Assembly: GCA_029717555.1 (NCBI GenBank) | Contig: JAMDHS010000114.1 | Span: 1-58,822, forward strand | DNA: 58,822 nucleotides | Source: Peribolospora baueri | Lineage: Eukaryota | Direction of reading: 5' to 3' | In this document: one piece after another, positions 12,601 to 22,478 of the stretch | How positions within the stretch are numbered: position 1 is the stretch's first letter | How the letters are laid out: the number at the start of each line of letters is the position of its first letter | The notes under the pieces: generated by a model | The model's input: the letters and a program-made list of their open reading frames with translations, nothing else | Told to the model about the DNA's origin: nothing | Database searches by the model: none | Translations under genes and position numbers: made by a program

Positions 12601-15600
12601 CCGCGAGTTCTTCCAGATCAGCAGCAATGAATATCTGCTAGCGGTGCCGGACCTGAAGGATTACGTCGACACTGCTGCCGCTGGCCTCACTTCTCATTCT
12701 GAGCAAGACTCCGCGAAGCGCGACTACGACAAGTCGACGAAGAAACGCTATCGGAAGCAAAAGTTTAGGAAAGTGGTTGCCAAGTTCACGAACGGAGTCC
12801 GATGGGGTTTGGGCCTCCAATTCGAGCGCACTTGCGATGACGATACGTGCGCCACTTGTGACGGCACCAAGTTCCACAGGTCTTGTCGCTTTTTCGACTT
12901 TAAACCTCACTGGGAGGTAGTGACGAGGACGCGAGACTATGCAAAGATCGAGCCGGGCAAGGTGAGGACGTCGCATAGCATGTTGTCAATGTGAACGATG
13001 AGTAAACTGACGTCTTTTTTTTTTTGGCCCGCTTCCGCCCGCTTGCCCCATAGATGTGGGATTCATATCGAGGTTTTCGGTCAGACCATCTCCACTGCTC
13101 GATCTCGATCGTATCGCCGATGGATGGAATTGACGGTCGCCGAGGAGGACGGGTCAAGGATGAGGGCTACAACAGCCTTCATTTCTCTCCCAAAGCCTTC
13201 ACGCATTTCTTCTCGTGGTGGTCTCTCTTCAGCGGCGCCATGTCCATACCCATCCGCCAAGGCAAGTTGTTCAAGAGCACTCAGCCGCCCTCGCCCAAGT
13301 TTGGTCGGCATATCGCCACGATCAAGTACCGTTTCAGTCTCTCCCCTCTGTTTGTCTCGCACGTCTACCAGCTCGACTCTCGATCCGATTGGGCGAGAGG
13401 ATTGACATCGCTCGTCGGCATCAAAGGCAAGATCACCAACTTCCAAGTCGACCTTCACCAGCGACAGCAGGAGACCGTCAAGCACAACCCCAAAGTGAAC
13501 AGAACGTCCAAGGTCATCCACAAACCGTTCTACGAGGCCGAGGTAGACTGCTCCATCATCGATGTGCGAGCCATCTGTGCCCAGTTCGAGGAGCCGGCCA
13601 AAGCCTTGGTCCCCTCGCACAGCTTGGGGGACGAGGGCCACGATAGTCTCTTCGCAGACAGTTGCCCCGTAGCGGACAACGACCTGGAATGGGCGGACAT
13701 GGACGACTTTGTCGAGCTGGACTGGTCCTTACCCGAGCGCAGTCCGAAGCTGAAGATTTTGCAATGCGCCACTAGCCCGCGTTTCACTTACTATCGACGG
13801 ACACACGCGCAGCTGATCAATACTTCCCAGGCCAAGATCGAACCGGGAAGCGCCAGCGGCAGCTATCAGGCGATTGAGCGCACGAAATTCGGTAGCGAGG
13901 ATACACATACGTGCCTCATCGGTAATGCTGACGGTGAGCGAGACACTTTCTTTGCTATCTAAGCCATACTTCCCACATTTCCGTCACAGCACCCTGACAT
14001 TCCCTTTACCGGTTTGCCAATCACCAGATGGTTTCCGAGTGCAAATCAAGTTGGCAAGGGATCGCGCACAGGCACTGAAGGACGAGATCGTTCGACTGGA
14101 GAACCTTGAATTGGCCGACTACAAGGGCAAGCTGGAATCGGATCAACGGCGGTTGGCCTCATTCGATACGGGCCGTTCCGCAGATATACCAGAGGTGAGC
14201 GATCATCGCACAGCTACCCCACCGACGTCCCATATTTCAGGTTGCTCAGGATCTTTACGTTTTTTGTCCTCAAGGCTTTCGACCTGGAGGCGCGGTTGAC
14301 CGACTTGAGGAAAAAGCTAGACCTTGTCCGCTCCTATGTCGTCTCTCTGAGACGGGCCGAGGAGGAGATCAGTCGTACGCATAACTCGGCGCCAGGTCAC
14401 AATCCCGCCGAAAAGCTCGATTCGATGTCCGACCCCTCTCACGCCATGCGCAGCGCTTACGAGGACTGGCAGTCCTTCGACAGTCGCTACATGGCGCATA
14501 ACCCGACTCTTTTTCTGAACAACTCGGTCCGCGACGTGCTCCTGAAATACTACCATCTCTCTCGGCGTCGCAAAGGCTTCACCTACCACATGACGGCTCA
14601 GGCGGTCAAGTTTATCAGGGAGCTCGCAAAGTCCAGCAGCACCGTTGATCAGCGTCCGGGACACGAGCGGCGCGACGATCTCAAATCGGATCAAGACCAA
14701 AGATCAGACTCGCAGGCTTCACGGGACCTCTTGTACAGCCTATTTAGCAATACGGAAGAGGATGTCGCGGACGAGCATTACGTGGAGCCTTCGCAGGCTT
14801 CGACAGACGAGCAAGCACAAATGGGCATATCTGACGGGTTCTCCTTGGCAAAAAGCACTGTCTGCATTTTGTTGAAACCCCAGATCTCTCTGAGAAGTGA
14901 CGTCGACGACCATTCCGACGTCATTATTACCGCCATTCGCGCCTGTCTCAAGAACTATGCGGTGTTGGACGACAGCTGCCCTGAGGACCCTGTCAACTCC
15001 CGTGTTCTGCACCGTAATTTCGTGTCACTAGATGGTCTGCAAATCTTCCATCCAAACCAGCGACACGCCTCTCGGGTCACCGTACCGCTAGAGACTCTGG
15101 TCGATTTGAGGTACGAGACGCGGGACTTTGACCGCATTGTGCCACGGACGGAGGCGACGATGCAGTATGACAAGTTCAACCAGGTGAGAGCTTGTCAATC
15201 TCTTTGACCTTTGCACGCGAACTCATCCATGCTGACCGAATCATGCCAAATTTGTTGTCCGCCACAGCTCCGACTGCACAACAAAATGCGACCCGTCGCC
15301 AACATGGACAATTACACGAAGGCCAATGAGCATCTCTTTCACCATATGGATCTCATCACCGTCGAATGTCCTCGCTTCTCCGTTTCGGCCAACGCGGATC
15401 ACTTCTCCGCCATCTACAATATCGTTACCAACCTGCTCTTGTATCGCGATCCCAAGTCTCGCGAGCACTCCAAGAAGCTGGAAAGAATGCTTCTCATGTA
15501 CGACGTCACCGACCTTTCCGCGTTGGCCGGCACCGTTACCAAGCTGCAGGTCCGAATCAGACACGGCTACGACGTACAGCGGCAATACGAACTACGGTTC

Positions 15601-17808
15601 GAACATCTGACCGAATCCGAACGACTTGACTTTATGGCTCTCAAGGCCGAAATCCTCGACCTCTCCGAAGAGCTGAGCCTTATCATTGAAGCCATCACCA
15701 CCGCCCAAGACCAGAGTGAAGGAGGTCCCGACAGAGAAAAGAAGTCGGCCATGCGTCTTGAGGCCAGGGCGCATGACATCGCGTGGAACATGATGGGCGT
15801 TGAGGACGGCGATCTGCTCGCCAAGCTTGCCATTCGTGGCGTAGGCTTCACTTGGCTCAACAAGGCCGACAACTCGACGGCCAACTCGGTGTCCATTCTC
15901 GACCTTCAAGCTCTCAACGTCACTCCAAATGCCATATTCCCAGAGATCATAGCCAAGCACACCAAAGCCCCAGATCATCCCATGGCGCAAGCAGGCCGCT
16001 TCTTGGACGCTGTCTGGAACGTCCTCGCCCCTGTTGGAACGGTGTCGATCATCGATCAGTTCGAGTTTAACCTCCACCCTGTTCGCTTGCAGCTAGAACT
16101 CGCCGTTGGCCGCCAGATCATGGAATACCTGTTCTTGTCTCGCGGAGAACGCGCCGAGGCGGCTCGCCAGCGGTGGGCGATAACGGACGGTCAACGCCTC
16201 GGAGGCGGTGGACGCGAGGATGATTCGCCCTCACCGACAAAATCGCGAACCTCCTCGTCGTTGTGGGGATCCCGCTCTGACTTGACGCACGGTGCTTCAT
16301 CGGAAGTCAATCTGAAGGATGTCGATAGCCAACAGACCAACCGCAAGGACAAGTGGGCGCCGTCCTTGAACGTCGCACAAACGCCGAAATGGAGGGGCAA
16401 ACCACCGTACGACTCTAACAACGCGTCCTTGGAGATGTTGTCCAAGTCCGAGCAAGCCAACTCCAAGGCCGAGGAAATATCGCAGAGCTCAAACCGAACC
16501 TTTGTCTATGTCAAGATCATTGAAACTGTTTTCTGTTTGTCTTACAAGGTGTGTCTCACAATTTCTTCGTCGTCTGTCAATCCGGTAACTGAGCTCCTTG
16601 CCATTGCGTCGGCTATAGGGAGAGAAGGACAAGGCAATCACAAACCTCTATGACGTGGTGTTCAAGAGCCCTACTTTCGAGTATCACAACAAGACGTGGA
16701 GCTACATGGACCTCGTCAATCAGCTGAAGAAAGGTGACTGCCATTCTATCTATTCGTTTCCTTTGGGCTCTGTGCGACCATATTCAGCTGTCGACATTTA
16801 GTTCTAACCACGGTCTCTGCCCTTCTGACCTCTTCTAGATGTTTTCCGCTCAGCGTGGTCGCAGAGTAAGTTTTTTTTTTTCCGGATCTTCCCCGAATAA
16901 CATCCTGTACCCAATTCTCATGCTTTTGCCCTATCCAGAGGGATCGTTGATCAAGCAGGTGATCACCCACCGGCCTCAAAAGGCTGTGCGAGCGCTCAAG
17001 AGCCAGCCGGGACGATTGAGGAAGGCACGCGATGCCATTGCGAGTCCGCTACACCTCAACATCATGCCGCCCACGCCGCGGGGGTCTCAGTCTGATGCTA
17101 TGTTATCGCCGCGGCCTGCCACCGCGTATCTTCTGGGCTTCCCTGGCAATGCCCCCTCCAGTGGTTCATTACCGGGCGAAGGTCAAGGAGCAGGCTTCAG
17201 GGAAGGACCACCTCCGACTGCGCCTCCCGGCCGGCAGAAATTCTCTCCGCGCAGTAAACGCCTGGGCGCTATTATGAAGAAGTTTAGAAGACGATCTGAT
17301 GCAGACGGGGAGACGCCTCTGTCGCCGAGTCACCCGCATGAGGATGACGAGACAAGCTTCGAATACATGGTGGACGAGCCCCAGACGGCATTGCCGATGA
17401 GCCTTTACGTAAGTGCTCGCGAAACGTTCATTAGGGCCTCACCTCGGACGCACATTGAAGTTGTTGCGTTCCTTTTCCCAGGCAAATAGGCAGGCCGCCC
17501 GGTCCAGCCCTTCTCACTTGTCGTTTGCATCCGACCCTGCGGCGCAAGAGACCAGGTCGCCTATACCGGGCGTGCTCCGCCGAGGCCGCTCGTCTTCGAA
17601 CGCCTCTTCTTCTTCAAGTAGATCCTCAGAATCGCAGCTGCTTAGTGTGCCAGCTTTACACGACGACTACTTCACTTCTATCGTCTCTTCCCCAGCGTCA
17701 CGCAGCGGACGTTCCTCACCGAACTTCCACCGGCCCGGTGTCGTTCGTTTGCCGCCGCCACCGCGGCCTCCGGCCCGTTCGAAGAGCATGTCCAGTGCCC
17801 CTCGCTAA
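6689..17808 (+). CDS. FMP27: Fmp27/Hobbit (BLTP2) bridge-like lipid transfer protein, 9 exons
   Basis: N-terminal TM anchor (FWLTLFFALVLSSLVL); motifs NASSWIRR and DPSPRLGFWDKIRL; Apt1-type C-terminus (EYHNKTWSYMDL). Exons 6689-12961, 13054-13933, 14028-14194, 14275-15183, 15268-16548, 16619-16733, 16839-16865, 16939-17408, 17482-17808; all GT-AG and frame-consistent. Confidence 0.92.
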
Positions 17809-19163
17809 AGGCAGCTATGGCTTCGTTCGCTCGAGCACGGGTACGAAAAGGTGATGACGTTGTATTTCCGCCTGCTTTTTTTATTTTGTTCGTCGCCTCC
17901 CATGTACAATGTTGGACTTGGCCCGTGTTCTCTCGCATTCGGTTTCGTGTATGATTCGCTAATCCACCCCGCATTAAGCGTTCCGTTGGTGGGACGTGGA
18001 GATGGAATGAAAGCTGGCCTTGGACTTGGACCGAACAAAGCAGGACAGCGGCCCGAGAACGACGAAGCGTGCGCGTGATGTGTACGTAGCACAACTCTAC
18101 TATCACTTGGTCGATTCTTTCTTTCTGTCTTTTTTCTCCCAGCGCTTCGAGCCAACGGCGTCGTTTTGCTGGCTTTCGGTGGGACGCCAACGAGCCGAGA
18201 AGGGCTCCGGCTGAGAATGGGCGGCCGTCTTAAAGGATATCGTAGGATGAACGGTTTGGCATCGCACGCACCTTTTCGATGTCTTGGTGGGCGAAAGGAG
18301 AGGGGGGGGTCCATGTAATCAAGACGGTACGAAGAGGAGATACGGCAGACGACAGACGGCAGACGGACAATGGTGAAGGGAGGTTTGTAAAAAAAAACAA
18401 ATAAAAAATTAAAAAAGGATAAAAATTGATTGGCATTCAGAACGACTGGCAAGTAAGCCCTAAGGTAAGGCGAGGTATCGTAATGCTACAATGATATACT
18501 GGATCATAAAAAGATGGGGACGTTACCGAAACACGTCGGGAGGACTGACTACATAAACGGAAACCGACAACACAACGGACGGGACGGGTTAGCTAGCTGT
18601 TGTAGCCAACATGTGGGAAGAACACGTGATGTGTGTGACTGCTGCTGGTGCGGGGGACAAAATGCTGTGCTGCTTGACTGACTATGGGGACCAAAATACT
18701 GTGCGGGACGAACTGAAACGAGACGAGACCGAGACAAGATGAGACGAGACCGTGGTTCTGAACGAAAAGCAGGATACAAACGAGGGCGATGGTGGGAAGA
18801 GGTTCGGACGCGCCGGGGACAGGTAGCGGAGGAGGGCTAACATGTCTGAATGGCGGGAGAGGCTCGAGAGGGGAGATGGCACGGAAAAGACGGGAGGAGG
18901 AATGGGCCGAGTCTGAAGCGCATGTGGCTCTGGCTCCTTGGAGCCGGACAACGAGGTATCGAGATGGCGGTCTGAAGCTAGAAGCAGAGGCTGAAACTAG
19001 ATTGGATTGGACAAGTCGGAATCCCGGGCAGAGCCGACCGACGTAGCCGAGCCGGAGTCGAGGGCGCTTTAACTCCGACCGGGGAGACACTCGGCGTCTT
19101 CCTCGAAAGCGGAGAGAGCGGCGGCGGCGGCGGTGGCGGTGGCGGTGGCGGCGGCGGCACCGA

Positions 19164-20673
19164 TCAAAGGGACCGGTAGGAAGGCGGCGTCGGCAGGGCT
19201 CTTGGAGCTTCTGCGACAGAAGGCGAACGGGTATCTGGAGTCGTTGACGGGGAAGGAGAAGACGACGCGGGGGCGACGCCGAGGTCGAGGGTTGCTTGTG
19301 AGATGGGAATGGACGAGGTGGAGAAGCGCCTTGTGTATGCGACCGTGTTCACGTTTGCGACGCCGTCAGGGCAGGGACGGTGGTTGTCATCGGCGCCAGC
19401 GACGGCAGGAGCGAAGGGTAACCCGTGTTCCAGTTGGGCAGGGTTGGTGGGCTCGGAAGACGTCACGAGAGGCGGTGTCTGGAATTCGGATTCGCATTGG
19501 AGTTGATCGGAAAGGGTACTCATAATCGAACGGAACCTACGCGCGAGGACGCGGGCGGGGACGAGGGAGGGGTCATCCGTAGCTGTAGCGATCGCGGCGG
19601 CAGCCGAGTGGCACCGCTCGAAAGGCTCGCTGGTTGCGGCGTGCTCCACGTTCCCGTGGTCTTCGACTTGCTCCATCGACCGATAAGCGGACAGGACGGA
19701 ATCGAGAGAATACGTGGACTGCGATGCACTATCGTTGTAAGAAGGCGGGGGAGGAGAAGGCTCCGTTGCAAAGGCCCTGGAGACGCTGTCGCCGTCGGCG
19801 AAGGGGCCCTGGCCTGCGGTGGTCAGGAAGGGGATGATGGGCCCGTCGGCCTTGCTGTGAAAGGCGTAGAGCGTGGCAGCGGCATCGTCCCCGTTGTCGT
19901 CCTGCTGGGAGCGCTCGCCAAGCTTGGTCGAATCGTCGCTCGCCCACGCGCTGAAGAGCTGAAGCATATCGATGAAAGAGTTGGAGCGGGTCAAAGAGCC
20001 GACGACCCTCTTGAGCGGAGCCTCCTTGAAGCTCTGCCAAGCGGAGACAAAAGGCGCCGAGAGGCGCGAGTAGCGGTGGTGGTGCGTCGAGCCGTACGCG
20101 GCGTAGGTGCCGCTGCCGCCGACTGTCGGGCTGAAGGGCGCGTCGAGGTATGGCGAGACGGAGGAGTCGACTCGGAGATCCGGGCATCGCTGACCGTCGA
20201 CGCTGGCGGGCTCGCAGCACTCAACCTGCTCCGGAGAGAGCGTCGTGATGGCCGCGGAAGGGCAAAGAAAGGAAGTCACTCGGGTCGGGTCAGCCGAGGC
20301 GAGCCAAAAAAAAATTCTAACCGCGCAAGGAAATCGGATTAGAAATAGAGCGAGGGGGACTTACCCTGAGCTTTGCCAAACTCCACCTCATGCTCTTCTT
20401 TCCGTTCTTGTTCTTCTTCGTCTTCGTCGTCGTCTTCTTCCACGCCGCGAGCGGTAGCTTCCTAGGGCCAGACTTGAAACGTCCCGCATCGACGCCGCCT
20501 CGGGCTTTACGAGGGCAGTTCGACCCTCTGGCGTTGAAAGAAGCGGGATGGAAGCCAAAAAGGTCGTTGAGTACCTGCTCGCCCTCGGACCAGCGCGCCT
20601 CCTCCGTCCCGCGAGCTTGGTCGGCGCCATCCGAGTCCCTGGCGGGCGCGTCGCGCACGTCGCCCGGTGCCAT
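19164..20673 (-). CDS. Hypothetical low-complexity protein (2 exons)
   Basis: ATG at 20673 (MAPGD). Intron 20226-20364 (GTAAGT...GCTGAC...GAGCAG) joins ...LAKLR to VECCEP in ORF 19164..20279. Basic tract KKTTTKTKKNKNGKK. No recognisable domain. Confidence 0.55.
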
Positions 20674-21008
20674 CGAGAGGAGCTCCTGCGAAAACGGGTG
20701 GTCGAGTAGAAGATGGATGGTCAAATCCGAATAAAGAAACGGCGAGAGCGGGAGGAGAGACGACTCACGGAAAAGGTGTGGGAGAGATCGGGTTGAGGGA
20801 CAAAGACGGGGTATGTATCGAGGGCGAGGGCGAGGTTTTCCATGCCTCCCGCGCTCTCCTGGATTGCCGAGGCCGAGGCGAAGGAAAGGCGGGGAGACAA
20901 CAAGAAATAAAAAGGGGGGGGGGGGGGGGGCTTGAGCGGGACCGCCTCATCTCAGACGCCTTCCTAGCATGAAGGGAAGGCCCTCCTCGGGTCTCTTGAC
21001 CACCATGT

Positions 21009-22478
21009 CTAATCGCTACTGACGGGGAACTGCATCTCCACGTCCTTGGGAAGCTGGGCCGCCTCGTAGAGGTAGAGGTTGATGCGGTCGTTGAAGCCTG
21101 CATCTCCATCCTGTCGTTCGTTGGCATCGCATCGCGTGGGGAAGGGACGATTGGAAGAATGTACGAATACCGTCCGGAAGAAAAAAAGGAAAAGGGAAGC
21201 GGGTGTGAGGGAGAGGTAGGACGAGAGGGAAAGCAGGAATGGAAAGCGCACCGATGAAAGGTTGCCGGCGCTGGTGGAGTCGCTCAGCATGCCGACAGCC
21301 GCTGGATAGCCGTTCGCGAGGGGTCGATGTTCCTGCGATTCACTGACGCCTTGCACGCCTGCCGAGACGAGATGAGGGGCTCGGACGTTCGCTCGAGTGA
21401 CCTTCGACGAGGTCATCGACCGGTGCGGGTTATACGCGCCGTCGATGCCACCAAAGTCGATGCCAAAGTCGGGCAAGGCCTCGTCAGGGGAGGCGCTGAG
21501 GGCCAAATCGGCGCTGTTCTCGACGGGGTGAGCGGTCCCTCCTTCTTGCTGCAAAGGGAAGGTGAAGTAAGCGGCGGCGGGCTGCTGGGCCGACGAGAGG
21601 AGGACTTGGGTCGGCGGTTCCTCGGCCGTGGAAGCCCAGAACGGAGGGTGGGAGAAGGTTGAGGACGAAGAGGAGGGAGAATGAATCTGCTGCGGCGGCG
21701 GACAGACCATGTCCTGCTGAGAGGATCCCTGGGGCGCCTGCTGCCAAGCGCCAGGCGTGGTGGGCACGGGCACCTGCGATAGGCCAGGGCTGCCATCGGA
21801 GTACGAGGGAGGGGAGGAGGAAGGGGGGCCGCCGGGAGTGGCCGAGGCGACGGCGTCAGCGGTAGCTCTGCCGACGTTCGCTTCGGCGGCTGTCCGAGCC
21901 ATCCGATCGGCGTGGATCCTGCTGAGCTCGGCGATGAGTTCGACGAGTGAGATGTCGTCCAGTGCCTGGCACATGGTCCGGCACTGGCTGACGAGGGAGG
22001 AGGCATCGGAGGACGGAAGGGAGAGGATGCTGGCTCCGAAACTTGACAAGCTCCCATTGGGGAGAATAGAGGTGGGTGCAGAGGAGGCATGGCTGAGCCA
22101 GAAGGAGGAGGACGAGTTGGTGTCCGTGGAGGCGAAGGTGGCGTTGGTGCACTGGGTGCGCACGGAGCCGTTGCGCGAAGGGACGTCGCCCCAGCCCTGT
22201 TTATAGGGCAAATGGTCGGTGGGCGCCCATTGGCCGAGAGGGACGAAGAAGGCGGACTGCTGAACCCTCTCGATCTCCTCACAGAGGGTGTTGAGGACTT
22301 GGCGGATATTGTTCGCTCTGCCCACGTCGTCGTCGTCGAGGTTCGGGTCGATGGTGATCTTGCGGCGGCGGGCGAGGTTCTCGAGATCGGCGAGGGCAAT
22401 GGAGCGCGAGAGGAAGAGGTTCCTCTGCTTGTCCCTACTCTTCTTCTTCTGGTCGTTTCGCCTCGCGGCGTTGTCCAT
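21009..22478 (-). CDS. Hypothetical protein, possibly a transcription factor (basic helical N-terminus plus S/P/Q-rich tail)
   Basis: ATG at 22478, MDNAARRNDQKKKSRDKQRNLF...LADLENL. Probable intron 21111-21251 (GTGCGC...GACAG). Confidence 0.6.
   Translation of the reverse strand: MDNAARRNDQKKKSRDKQRNLFLSRSIALADLENLARRRKITIDPNLDDDDVGRANNIRQVLNTLCEEIERVQQSAFFVPLGQWAPTDHLPYKQGWGDVPSRNGSVRTQCTNATFASTDTNSSSSFWLSHASSAPTSILPNGSLSSFGASILSLPSSDASSLVSQCRTMCQALDDISLVELIAELSRIHADRMARTAAEANVGRATADAVASATPGGPPSSSPPSYSDGSPGLSQVPVPTTPGAWQQAPQGSSQQDMVCPPPQQIHSPSSSSSTFSHPPFWASTAEEPPTQVLLSSAQQPAAAYFTFPLQQEGGTAHPVENSADLALSASPDEALPDFGIDFGGIDGAYNPHRSMTSSKVTRANVRAPHLVSAGVQGVSESQEHRPLANGYPAAVGMLSDSTSAGNLSSVRFPFLLSLSSYLSLTPASLFLFFFRTVFVHSSNRPFPTRCDANERQDGDAGFNDRINLYLYEAAQLPKDVEMQFPVSSD

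Noticed and set aside
7045..12976. Many long antisense or alternate-frame ORFs over FMP27 (and similarly over FZO1, NOP4 and the RING gene)
   Set aside because: Expected shadow ORFs of GC-rich coding sequence; no domains
19164..22478. Possible mating-type homeodomain or pheromone locus
   Set aside because: The genes are tandem rather than divergent, with no WFxNxR homeodomain motif and no credible CAAX pheromone ORF
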